Positions 31,773-41,772 of a stretch of 64,000 bases of DNA are shown here, one piece after another. Below the pieces are notes generated by a model that searched no databases, was not told the origin of the DNA, and saw only the letters and a program-made list of their open reading frames with translations. How positions within the stretch are numbered: the stretch's first letter is position 1; each line of letters starts with the position of its first letter. The DNA comes from an uncultured Pseudomonadota bacterium (lineage in GTDB: Bacteria > Pseudomonadota > Alphaproteobacteria > JACZXZ01), in assembly GCA_963749075.1 (NCBI GenBank), contig CAVVLJ010000017.1:544001-608000 (forward strand), read 5' to 3'. Made by a program: the position numbers and the translations under genes.

Positions 31773-33870
31773 CTAAGCAAGGCCCAAGGCGCTGATGACC
31801 ATGTCGCACGCCTTGATGCCGATGAAGGGGATGATGACGCCGCCCACGCCGTAGATGAGGAGATTGCGGCTCAAGAGGCGATAGGCGCTCTCCGGGCGGT
31901 ATTTGACGCCGCGCAGCGCCAGCGGGATGAGCGCCACGATGACGAGCGCGTTGAAGATCACCGCGGCTAGGATGGCGCTCTCGGGGTTGCGCAGGCCCAT
32001 GACGTTGAGCACGTTCAGGCTCGGGTAGAAGGCCGCGAACATGGCCGGGATGATGGCGAAGTACTTGGCCACGTCGTTGGCGATGGAGAAGGTCGTGAGC
32101 GCGCCGCGCGTGATCAGCATCTGCTTGCCGATCATGACGATCTCGATGAGCTTGGTGGGGTCGGAATCGAGATCGACCATATTGCCGGCCTCGCGCGCCG
32201 CCTGGGTGCCGGTCTGCATGGCGACGCCCACGTCGGCTTGCGCCAACGCCGGCGCGTCGTTGGTGCCGTCGCCGCACATGGCGACCAGCTTGCCCTTGCC
32301 CTGCTCCTCGCGGATGAGCTTGAGCTTCTCCTCGGGCGTCGCCTGGGCGAGGAAATCGTCGACCCCCGCCTCGGCGGCGATCGCGGCGGCGGTGAGCGGG
32401 TTGTCGCCCGTGATCATCACCGTGCGCAAGCCCATGCGGCGGAGCTCGTCGAAGCGCTCGCGGATGCCGCCCTTGACGATGTCCTTGAGGTGGACGACGC
32501 CGAGCAGCTTGCCGTCCCTGGCGACCGCGAGCGGCGTGCCGCCGGCGCGGCCGATGCGGTCGGTCGCCGCCTCGAGCTCCGCCGGCACCGGCATGTTGGG
32601 ATTGTCGTTGACCTTGCGCACGTGGGCCACCACCGCCTCGACGGCGCCCTTGCGGATGGAGGAGCCCTCGAGGTCGATGCCGCTCATGCGCGTCTGCGCC
32701 GAGAACTTGATGAACCGGGCATGCAGCGGCGCCATCTCGCGGCCGCGCAGGCCGTACTTCTCCTTGACCAGCACCACGATCGAGCGCCCCTCCGGCGTCT
32801 CGTCGCTGAAGGAGGCGAGCTGGGCCGCGTCCGCGAGCTCGGCGTCGGAGACCCCGGGCAGCGCTATGAGCTCGGTCGCCTGGCGGTTGCCGAGCGTAAT
32901 CGTGCCCGTCTTGTCGAGGAGGAGGGTGTCGACGTCGCCTGCCGCCTCGACGGCGCGGCCCGACATGGCGAGCACGTTGAACTTGACGAGGCGGTCCATG
33001 CCGGCGATGCCGATGGCCGAGAGCAGGCCGCCGATCGTCGTCGGAATGAGGCAGACGAAGAGGGCCGCCAGCACGACGACCGAGACGCTGCCGCCCGCGT
33101 AGGCCGCGAAGCTCGGGATGGTCGACGACGGCGAAGACGAAGATGATCGTCATGCCGGCAAGCAGGATGTTGAGCGCGATCTCGTTCGGCGTCTTCTGGC
33201 GCACCGCGCCCTCGACGAGCGCTATCATGCGGTCGAGGAAGGTCGAGCCGGGTGCCGCCGTGATGCGCACCACGACCCAGTCCGACAGCACGCGCGTGCC
33301 GCCGGTGACCGCCGAGCGGTCGCCGCCGCTCTCGCGGATGACGGGCGCCGATTCTCCGGTGATCGCCGATTCGTCGACCGAGGCGACGCCCTCGACCACG
33401 TCGCCGTCGCTCGGCACCACGTCGCCGGCTTCGACGAGGACGAGGTCGTCCTGCTTCAGCTTCAAGGCGGAGATCTCCTCGTAGGCGCGTCCGCCGGCGC
33501 TCTTGAGCCTCTTCGCCTTGGTCTCGGTGCGCGTGCGGCGCAAGGCGTCGGCCTGGGCCTTGCCGCGGCCCTCGGCCAAGGCTTCGGCAAAATTGGCGAA
33601 GAGCACGGTGAACCACAGCCAGCCGACGACCTGCGCGACGAAGCCGATGAGGACGCCGCCCGTCGCGAGGCCGCGAACGAGCAGCACCGTGGTCAAGGCC
33701 GCCACCACCTCGGTCACGAAGATGACCGGGTTCTTCGCGAGCGTGCGCGGATCGAGCTTGCGGAACGAGTCCACGATCGCGCGCGAGACGATGCCGCGAT
33801 GGAGACCCGCGGGTCCGCCGGGGCGATGCCGCTTGCTCCCGGGTGCCGCCATTTTCGCCATGACGTTCAT
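31773..33870 (-). pseudogene. kdpB: K+-transporting ATPase subunit B with +1 frameshift near 33124 (possibly sequencing error)
   Basis: N-half ([12 protein letters not shown]) and C-half ([21 protein letters not shown]) in different frames; removing one base restores [13 protein letters not shown]. Confidence 0.9.
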
Positions 33871-33880
33871 GATCTTCCGC

Positions 33881-35614
33881 TCACGTTGAGAACAGCTTGC
33901 CGGAGTGCATCAGCATGTGCTCGACGCCCGGGCCAAGCGAGAGTGCCGCGAAATAGGTGAGCCCCACGGTGATGAGGATCACGCCGGCGAGGAGCGCCAC
34001 GAAGAGGCCGTTGTCGGTGGGGAACGTGCCGGCCGACGGCGGCACGATCTTCTTGGCCGCAAGCGAGCCCGCCACGGCGAGCAGCGGGACGACCATCGCG
34101 AAACGGCCGATCAGCATCGCGAAGGCCAGCGTCACGTTGTAGAAGAGCGTATTGCCGTTGAGGCCCGCGAAGGCGCTGCCGTTGTTCCCCGTGCTCGAGC
34201 TGTAGGCATAGAGGATCTCGGAAAAGCCGTGCGGGCCTGCGTTGGCGATGCCGGCGAGCCCGGCGGGCAGCACGCTCGCGAGTGCCGTGAAGCCGAGGAT
34301 CGACATCGGCAGCACGAGGAAGGCGAGCATGGTCAGCTTGACCTCGTTCTGCTCGAGCTTCTTGCCGACGTATTCCGGCGTGCGCCCGACCATGAGCCCG
34401 GCGATGAAGAGCGTCACGATGGCGAACACCAGGATGCCGTAGAGCCCGGAGCCGACGCCGCCCCAGATGACCTCGCCGAGCTCGATGTCGAGCAGCGGGA
34501 TCATGCCGCCGAGCGGCGTGAAGCTGTCGTGCATGCCGTTGACGGCGCCGCACGAGGCGTCGGTGGTGAGCGTCGCGAAGAGCGCCGTGTCGGCGATGCC
34601 GAAGCGGACCTCCTTGCCCTCCATGTTGCCGCCGGCCTGGGCGGCGCCGGCACTCTGGTCGACGCCGAAGGGGGCGAAGTTGGGGTTGCCCGCGCTCTCG
34701 GCGCCGTAGAGGATGAGCACGCCCGCGATCGAGAGCACCGCCATGGTCCCGAAGAGCGCCCAGCCCTGCATCGGGTTGCCCACCATGCGGCCGAACAAGT
34801 TGGTGAGTGCGGCGCCGATCGAGATCATCAGGAGCATCTGCAGGAAGTTGGCGAGCGCCGTCGGGTTCTCGTAAGGGTGCGCCGCGTTGGCGTTGAAGAA
34901 GCCGCCGCCGTTGGTGCCCAGCATCTTGATCGCCATCTGCGAGGCGACCGGGCCTTGCGCGATCACCTGCTTGCCGCCCTCGAGCGTCGCCGCCTCGACG
35001 TAGCCGCCGAGGTTCTGCGGCACGCCTTGCCACACCAGGACGAGCGCCGCGACGATAGAGATCGGCAGCAGGATATAGAGCGTGCAGCGCACCAGGTCGG
35101 CCCAGAAATTGCCGATGCCCTTGGCCGAGCGGCGCGCGAAGCCGCGCGTCAGCGCCACCGCCATGACGATGCCGGTGGCGGCGGAGGCGTAGTTCTGCAC
35201 CGTGAGCCCCGCCATCTGCACGAGATAGCTGAGCGTGCTCTCGCCGCCGTAGTTCTGCCAGTTGGTGTTGGTGACGAAGCTGATGCCCGTGTTGAAGGCG
35301 AGGCCGGGCGCTACGTTGTCCATGCCCTGCGGGTTGAACGGCAGGTAGGCCTGCAGGCGCTGCAGCGCATAGAGCAGCACGAAGCCCGCGAAATTGAACA
35401 GCAGCATGGCGAAGGCATAGCTCGTCCAGTGCTGGTCGCTCTTCGCATCGACGCCGGCCAGGCGATAGAAGAGCGCCTCGAGCGGGCGCAGCACCGGCGA
35501 GAGGAAGGTGCGCTCGCCCGCGAAGACGCGCGTCATGTAGCCGCCGAGCGGCTTGGTGAGTGCGGCGATGATCGCGAAGTAGATCGCGATCTGGATCAGC
35601 CCATTGGCGGTCAT
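33881..35614 (-). CDS. kdpA: K+-transporting ATPase subunit A
   Basis: [53 protein letters not shown]. Confidence 0.97.
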   Translation of the reverse strand: MTANGLIQIAIYFAIIAALTKPLGGYMTRVFAGERTFLSPVLRPLEALFYRLAGVDAKSDQHWTSYAFAMLLFNFAGFVLLYALQRLQAYLPFNPQGMDNVAPGLAFNTGISFVTNTNWQNYGGESTLSYLVQMAGLTVQNYASAATGIVMAVALTRGFARRSAKGIGNFWADLVRCTLYILLPISIVAALVLVWQGVPQNLGGYVEAATLEGGKQVIAQGPVASQMAIKMLGTNGGGFFNANAAHPYENPTALANFLQMLLMISIGAALTNLFGRMVGNPMQGWALFGTMAVLSIAGVLILYGAESAGNPNFAPFGVDQSAGAAQAGGNMEGKEVRFGIADTALFATLTTDASCGAVNGMHDSFTPLGGMIPLLDIELGEVIWGGVGSGLYGILVFAIVTLFIAGLMVGRTPEYVGKKLEQNEVKLTMLAFLVLPMSILGFTALASVLPAGLAGIANAGPHGFSEILYAYSSSTGNNGSAFAGLNGNTLFYNVTLAFAMLIGRFAMVVPLLAVAGSLAAKKIVPPSAGTFPTDNGLFVALLAGVILITVGLTYFAALSLGPGVEHMLMHSGKLFST

Positions 35615-35624
35615 GGCGTGCCCC

Positions 35625-35714
35625 CTAGAAGAGCTCGGGACGGATCAGGGCTACGACCAGATAGGCGAGGATTGCCAGCGCAACCGCGCCGCCCAGGATG
35701 AAATCGAACAACAT
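35625..35714 (-). CDS. kdpF: KdpF
   Basis: 29 aa [29 protein letters not shown] directly upstream of kdpA. Confidence 0.9.
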   Translation of the reverse strand: MLFDFILGGAVALAILAYLVVALIRPELF

Positions 35715-35721
35715 GGCGACC

Positions 35722-35805
35722 TCAGAACCTGTCGCAGAGGACGACGTAACCGATGAGGAGGGCAAGCGAGCCCAGCCCCAACGCGACCATGACCGCGTCA
35801 AGCAT
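35722..35805 (-). CDS. 27-aa hydrophobic peptide upstream of kdpF
   Basis: GAGGA RBS; MLDAVMVALGLGSLALLIGYVVLCDRF single TM ending YxxxCDR. Confidence 0.7.
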   Translation of the reverse strand: MLDAVMVALGLGSLALLIGYVVLCDRF

Positions 35806-35922
35806 CGGGAGTTCCTCGTTTCCAAGCGCGCTCCACCCTCCCCTCGAGCCGCAGGCCCGACCGGCCGGCGACCGCGAACGAGGACGATGGATCGAAAGAG
35901 CGCTGTTTTTAGGGCATAGGCG

Positions 35923-36130
35923 CATAAAAAATCGATACCGAACTCGGGCCGCCGGCATAAAAATTCCATAAAGACTCCGACTGTTCAGGCGAACCGCGAC
36001 GCCGACATCGACCCGTGATGCCGGAATTAACACCGAGGAAGCCGGCCCGCGGCCAGATTTGCATCAATCGGGCTCGCTCTTTGATGCTTTTTTTACGGCG
36101 AAGGATCGAAATCCAAATCGATTTTTTATG
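35923..36130. promoter_or_regulatory. Divergent promoters with KdpE-like boxes
   Basis: 14-bp exact inverted pair CATAAAAAATCGAT (35923) / ATCGATTTTTTATG (36117); second boxes at 35956-35973 and 36079-36097 (TTGATGCTTTTTTTACG). Confidence 0.6.
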
Positions 36131-36184
36131 GCGCCCCGCGCTATCCATTGCGCCCATAGCGAAATTCTTTGACGGGAGAGGGCC

Positions 36185-36574
36185 ATGCTCTCTTGGCAGT
36201 TTCTCATGTTCATGCGCTTTGCCGGCGGCATTGCGCTGATCGCGATTTTTGTGGCGTTCGTAGCGCTCGGGAAAATTCTCCGGGCGCTCAGAGAGCGCGC
36301 CCGGCGCCGTGCCACGGCGGAGCCCCAGAGCTCGCGCATTGCGCGCGGCGGCGCGGGCCGCGCCGCGGCGGCCATGCTGCTCGCCGCACTCGCCCTTCCG
36401 GCATTCGGCTCCCTCGCCGCCACGGCGACCTCTTGGCCGCCCAGGTCCACCGAAGCCTGCGTGGCCCCGGTGCCGCAGCCGCCGCTCGCCGGATCGCCGG
36501 AGGGCTGTGCCGGGCGAAGCGGCACGGCGCCGAAATCCCACGCGCTCGCCAGGCCCGAGGGCCGGGCCATCTGA
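36185..36574 (+). CDS. Hypothetical membrane protein
   Basis: GAGGG RBS, two hydrophobic segments; first ORF after the plus-strand boxes. Confidence 0.45.
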   Translation: MLSWQFLMFMRFAGGIALIAIFVAFVALGKILRALRERARRRATAEPQSSRIARGGAGRAAAAMLLAALALPAFGSLAATATSWPPRSTEACVAPVPQPPLAGSPEGCAGRSGTAPKSHALARPEGRAI

Positions 36575-36752
36575 GCGAGCCTCCACGCCAACGCCTGCAG
36601 GCCCTGGGGATTAGTGTCGCCCGCCGATGTTCCTGGACGTTGCGGTGCCGGCGCTCCTTTTGACGATCAATCTCGACGCGGGAAACGCGGTCCTCTCCGT
36701 GCGCGGCAACGGGCCGTCGGAGCGCTCGCGCCGCCAAGGGGAGATTTAGAGG

Positions 36753-38046
36753 ATGGACAAGATCACCGCCAATGCGGCCGTCGTCATGCTCGCCGCATCG
36801 CTGGCGGCAATTCACTCGCACGCCCGCGCCGGCGAGGTTCCCGCGCCCGAGCTCGCCCAGACGAGCACCGAGCAGAAGCCCGCCGAGACGCCGCCCTCGT
36901 GGTGGGATAGCTTCAAGAATCTCGGGCCACCTCGAGGCGGGCCTGACCGGCAATCCGGACGACCCCGGCGACCATCGCAACTTCGGACGCCTCTTCGACG
37001 ACCACGCCAATCAGCCCGTGCTCAACCAGCTCATGGTCACGCTCGAGCGCCCGCTCGATCCCAAGGCGGCCGGCTACGACGCGGGCTTCCGCTTCCAGGC
37101 GATGTACGGGTCGGACGAGCGCTTCACGCATTACTTCGCCCAATTCGACCATGCGGTCGACGCGACCGAAGAGATCGGCATCGTCGAGGCCAATGCGAGC
37201 GTCCATGTGCCGGGCATCGGTGCGGGCGGGCTGGACGTGAAGGTCGGCCAGTTCGCCTCGCCGATGAGCGCCGAATCGATCGACGCCAGCCAGAACTCGC
37301 TCTATTCGCACAGCTACATCTTCAATTTCGGCGTGCCCTTCGTGCATACCGGCCTCCTTGCGGCGGCCCACGTCACGCCGCTCCTCGATCTCTACCTCGG
37401 CCTCGATACCGGCGTGAACGCCTGGCTCGGCGGCGGCGGCCTCGCCAACGATACCGTGCCGCACGGCCAGGCCGGCTTCGGGCTCAATCTGCTCGACGGC
37501 AATCTCAGCGTGCTCGGCCTCGCGCACATCGGGCCCGAGAACCCGAAGAGCACCTTCGGCCCCGCGGCCGACGGAGCGCTTCGTTATCTCAACGACATCA
37601 CGGTCGTGTGGAAGGCAAGCGAGCGCCTGACCCTCACCACCGACCTCAACTACATCCACGACGACGGGCTCAAGGCCTCGGGCGGCGGCGCTGCCCAGTA
37701 CGCCGCCTATGCGATCGACGACATTTTCACCGTCATCGGCCGCGGCGAGGTCTGGCGCGACGGCAGCGGCGTCTTCGTCGCGAGCTACCGGCAGCCCTTC
37801 GACTACATCAATTCCGAGCGCGGCCTGCCGACGAGCCCGGGCGGCGTCGCGGGCGGCGGCAGCACGACCTACGGCGCCTTCACCCTCGGCGTCAACATCA
37901 AGCCGCCGGTGCCCAAGGCCATCGCGGGATTCGTGATCCGCCCCGAGCTCCGCTTCGACGACGCGCTCAACGGTACCAAGCCGTTCAATGGCGGCAAGAG
38001 CGGTCACCAGACGACGATCGCCGCCGACTTCATCTTGCCGTTCTGA
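36753..38046 (+). pseudogene. Outer membrane beta-barrel porin-like protein with +1 frameshift near 36918
   Basis: Signal peptide frame (…SWWDSFK) joins ISGHLEAG…NFGRLFDD…YSHSYIFNFGVPF…RPELRFD…DFILPF after removing one A; C-terminal Phe. Confidence 0.8.
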
Positions 38047-38095
38047 AACCGCCACGGGGCGGCATCTCCGATCACACGAGGACAGGGAGGCGGCA

Positions 38096-38368
38096 ATGCG
38101 CGAGGGGAAACTTCCCGAGATGGTCGAGCGGGTGCGGAATGCGCTGCTCGTCTCGCTGCGCTCCGCGGTCTCGCACGATCCCTCCGCGGAGGCGGCATGC
38201 GCGCAGGCCGCGCGCGCGGCCATCCTCGCACTCAAGACGCCGAGCGACGACATGCTGCAAGCCATGAACGACGCCGTCTATCGGCACCACGAGCCGCCGG
38301 AGGGCGCCTATAGCGCCGCGATTTCCGCGGCACTCGGCGAAGTGGCCGGGACCGTCAAAGCGGAGTGA
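38096..38368 (+). CDS. Hypothetical protein (90 aa)
   Basis: GGGAGG RBS; ARAAILALKTPSDDMLQA helical pattern. Confidence 0.6.
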   Translation: MREGKLPEMVERVRNALLVSLRSAVSHDPSAEAACAQAARAAILALKTPSDDMLQAMNDAVYRHHEPPEGAYSAAISAALGEVAGTVKAE

Positions 38369-38489
38369 GCGGCCCCGGCTCGCGGCACTCGCAGAAACTA
38401 TTGGCAATTGCCGTTCTTGCTTGCATAATGCGCGCCGCCAATCGCGTGCCCTGCGACCGCTCCGCGAGTCCCAACCAACGGAGAGATCC

Positions 38490-38981
38490 ATGTCCGCCCA
38501 CGATCGCGCACCGCCCCGCTTCAGCGCAAGCGGGATACTTCCCAAAACAATCATTGCCATGCTTGCAGGCTTGCTCTGCTGGGTGCCCGTCCGCGCCCAC
38601 GCGGCGTCGAAGACGGGCAAGAGCGCCCTCGCCGTCTGTTCGGCCCCGGCGCGGCACGCGCGCCGGCACCTCGATTGCGTCGTCGATACCGGCACGGCGA
38701 CATGGTACGGCAAGGGCTTTCACGGCCATACGACCGCGAACGGCGAGGTCTACAACATGAATGCGCTGACCGCGGCGCACGCCAGCTTGCCGATGAACAC
38801 GCTCGTGCGCGTGACCTACCTGCGCACCGGCCGCTCCGTGGTGGTGCGCATCAACGACCGCATCCCGGCCTTCGTCGACAGCGTGATCGACCTCTCCGCC
38901 AAGGCGGCCGCGCTCCTCGGCATGAAGCGGCGCGGCGCCGGCACGGTCGAGATCGTCTATCTCGCCAAAGGCGACATCTGA
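38490..38981 (+). CDS. RlpA-like double-psi beta-barrel lytic transglycosylase
   Basis: GTATWYGKGFHGHTTANGEVYNMNALTAAHASLP, VVVRINDR, IDLS. Confidence 0.9.
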   Translation: MSAHDRAPPRFSASGILPKTIIAMLAGLLCWVPVRAHAASKTGKSALAVCSAPARHARRHLDCVVDTGTATWYGKGFHGHTTANGEVYNMNALTAAHASLPMNTLVRVTYLRTGRSVVVRINDRIPAFVDSVIDLSAKAAALLGMKRRGAGTVEIVYLAKGDI

Positions 38982-39003
38982 CGCGCGCGCGTCGCGCCGG
39001 CCC

Positions 39004-41772
39004 CTACTCCGCGGCTGCGGCCTCTTCCACCTTCTCGATGCGCGCGGCGCAGTATTTGAATTCGGGAATCTTCCCGAACGGGTCGAGCTGCGGATTGGTG
39101 AGGATGTTGGCGGCCGCCTCGGCGTAGCAGAAGGGGATGAACACCATGCCGTCGGGGACAGCGCCGTCGGCGCGCGCCTTGAGCTCGATGGCGCCGCGCC
39201 GGGTTGCGACGCGCACCCGCTCGCCGGCCTTAATGCCGTGCTTCCACAGCCAGGCCGGCGAGAGCGAGGCCACCGCCTCGGGCTCGAGCGCGTCGAGCAC
39301 CGAGGCGCGCCGCGTCATCGCACCCGTGTGCCAATGCTCGAGCTGGCGGCCCGTGGTGAGCACCAGGGGGTAAGCCTCGTCCGGCGTCTCGGCCGGCGGG
39401 ATGATCGCCGCCGGCACCAGCTTGGCGCGGCCATTCGCCGTCGGGTAGCCGTCGGCGAAGACGACGCTGTGGCCGGGATCGTCCGGCCCGTCCGAGGGAT
39501 AGGTGACCGCGTTCTGACGCGCGAGGCGGTCCCAAGAGATGTTCTTCCATGACGGCATCATCTGCGCCATCTCGGCGAAGACGTCGCGCGGGTGGCCGTA
39601 GCGCCAGTCGAGCCCGATGCGCCGCGCCAGCTCCTGGATGATCCACCAGTCCTGGCGCGCCTCGCCGGGAAGCGGCAGGGCGGCGCGGCCCATCTGCACT
39701 TGGCGGTTGGTGTTGGTGACGGTGCCGTCCTTCTCCGGCCAGGCCGAGGCGGGCAGCACCACGTCCGCGTGGAAGGCGGTCTCGGTGAGGAAGATATCCT
39801 GCACCACGAGATGCTCGAGCTTGGCGAGCGCCTCGCGCGCGTGCTGCGCGTCGGGGTCCGACATGGCCGGATTCTCGCCCATGATGTACATGCCGCGGAT
39901 GTCGCCGTCGAGGATGGCGTGGACGATCTCGACCACCGTGAGACCGCGCTTGGGGTCGAGCTCGGTGCCCCAGAACGCCTCATATTCCTTGCGCACGGTC
40001 TCGTCCTCGACGGAGCGGTAGTCGGGATAGACCATGGGGATGAGGCCGGCGTCGGAGGCGCCCTGCACGTTGTTCTGGCCGCGCAAGGGATGGAGGCCGC
40101 TCCCCGGCCGGCCGACCTGGCCCGTGACCATGGCGAGTGCGATGAGGCAGCGCGCGTTGTCGGTGCCGTGGATGTGCTGCGAGATGCCCATGCCCCAGAA
40201 GACGATGCCGGCCTCGGCGCGCGCGAAGGTGCGCGCCACGGTGCGCAAGGTGCCTGCATCGATGCCGCAGATCTCGGCCATCTTCTCGGGCGCGTAGTCC
40301 TTGAGGTGCTCCTTGAGCGCCTCGAAGTTCTCGGTATAGGTCGCGACGTACTGGCGGTCGTAGAGCCCCTCGTAGACGATGGTGTGGAGGATGCCGTTGA
40401 GCATCGCCACGTCCGAGCCCGGCTTGAACTGCAGCATGTGGGTGGCGTGGCGCTTCAAGGCCTGGCCGCGCGGATCCATGACGATGAGCTTGGCGCCGCG
40501 CTTGGCCGCCTGCTTGAAGAAAGTCGCCGCCACCGGATGGTTCTCGGTCGGGTTGGCGCCGATCACGATGATGACGTCGGAGTTCATGCACTCGTTGAAG
40601 GTGGCGGTCACGGCACCCGAGCCGATGCCCTCCATGAGGGCGGCGACCGAGGAGGCGTGGCAGAGCCGCGTGCAGTGATCGACGTTGTTGGAGCCGAAGC
40701 CGGTGCGCACGAGCTTCTGGAAGAGATAGGCCTCCTCGTTGGAGCCCTTGGCCGAGCCGAAGCCGGCGAGCGCGCGCTTGCCGTGGCTGTCGCGGATGCG
40801 CTTCAAGCCCGCCGCGGCGAGCCCGAGCGCCTCCTCCCAGGTCCCCTCGCGGAAATGCGTCCAGGGATTGGCCGGGTCCACCTGCTCGTCCGCGCGCTTG
40901 CCCACGCCGGGCTTGCGGATGAGCGGCTTCAGGAGCCGGTGCGGATGGTGGACGTAATCGAAGCCGAAGCGGCCCTTGACGCAGAGCCGCGCGTGGTTCG
41001 AGGGACCCGGCCTGCCCTCGGCATAGAGCAGCTTGTCGTCCTTGATCTTGAAGCTCAGCTGGCAGCCCACCCCGCAGTAGGGGCAGATGCTCGCGACCTC
41101 GCGGTCCGGCACCTTGGCGAGGCGCTCCTCCTCGTCGAGCAGTGCCGCCGGCATGAGGGCGCCCGTGGGGCAGGCCTGCACGCATTCGCCGCAGGCGACG
41201 CAAGTGCTGCGCCCCATGGCATCGTCGAAGTCGAAGACGATCTTGGCGCGATGGCCGCGGCCCGCCATGCCGATCACGTCGTTCACCTGCACCTCGCGGC
41301 AGGCGCGGACGCAGAGGTTGCAGTGGATGCAGGCGTCGAGGTTGACGCGCATGGCCGGATGGCTCGCGTCCTTTGCCGGCGCGTCCCGCCGGGGAAAGCG
41401 CGAGAGGGCGATGCCGAAGGAGTCCGCCCAGCGCCAGAACTCGGACTTGGGGTCGTGCGCGGTCTCGCGCTGCGGTTGATCGGCTAAGAGGAGCTCCATC
41501 ACCATCTTGCGCGCGGACTTGGCGCGCTCGGACGCGGTCGTGACCTCCATGCCGGCCGTGGGCTTGCGGACGCAGGAGGCGGCAAGCACGCGCTCGCCCT
41601 TGATCTCGACCATGCAGGCGCGGCAATTGCCGTCGGCGCGGTAATCGGGATAGGGCTGCCAGCAGAGATGCGGGATCTCGTGGCCGAGGCGGTCGGCAAC
41701 TTGCCAGATGGTCTCGCCGGCGGCGGCCTCGACCTCGCGGCCGTCGAGCATGAACTTCACCGTCTCGCTCAT
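39004..41772 (-). CDS. fdhF: Formate dehydrogenase alpha subunit (Mo/W-bisPGD, Cys ligand)
   Basis: N-terminal Fe-S motifs, CPYCGVGC, DHCTRLCHASS, PLRGQNNVQGASD, LTTGRQLEHWHTG. Confidence 0.95.
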   Translation of the reverse strand: MSETVKFMLDGREVEAAAGETIWQVADRLGHEIPHLCWQPYPDYRADGNCRACMVEIKGERVLAASCVRKPTAGMEVTTASERAKSARKMVMELLLADQPQRETAHDPKSEFWRWADSFGIALSRFPRRDAPAKDASHPAMRVNLDACIHCNLCVRACREVQVNDVIGMAGRGHRAKIVFDFDDAMGRSTCVACGECVQACPTGALMPAALLDEEERLAKVPDREVASICPYCGVGCQLSFKIKDDKLLYAEGRPGPSNHARLCVKGRFGFDYVHHPHRLLKPLIRKPGVGKRADEQVDPANPWTHFREGTWEEALGLAAAGLKRIRDSHGKRALAGFGSAKGSNEEAYLFQKLVRTGFGSNNVDHCTRLCHASSVAALMEGIGSGAVTATFNECMNSDVIIVIGANPTENHPVAATFFKQAAKRGAKLIVMDPRGQALKRHATHMLQFKPGSDVAMLNGILHTIVYEGLYDRQYVATYTENFEALKEHLKDYAPEKMAEICGIDAGTLRTVARTFARAEAGIVFWGMGISQHIHGTDNARCLIALAMVTGQVGRPGSGLHPLRGQNNVQGASDAGLIPMVYPDYRSVEDETVRKEYEAFWGTELDPKRGLTVVEIVHAILDGDIRGMYIMGENPAMSDPDAQHAREALAKLEHLVVQDIFLTETAFHADVVLPASAWPEKDGTVTNTNRQVQMGRAALPLPGEARQDWWIIQELARRIGLDWRYGHPRDVFAEMAQMMPSWKNISWDRLARQNAVTYPSDGPDDPGHSVVFADGYPTANGRAKLVPAAIIPPAETPDEAYPLVLTTGRQLEHWHTGAMTRRASVLDALEPEAVASLSPAWLWKHGIKAGERVRVATRRGAIELKARADGAVPDGMVFIPFCYAEAAANILTNPQLDPFGKIPEFKYCAARIEKVEEAAAAE

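Noticed and set aside
31153-33870. 905-aa KdpB-KdpC fusion ORF
   Set aside because: Artefact of the kdpB +1 frameshift; the middle is off-frame nonsense and kdpC has its own ATG at 31761.
33115-36925. Programmed frameshifting or phase variation in the kdp locus
   Set aside because: No homopolymer or slippery heptamer at either site.
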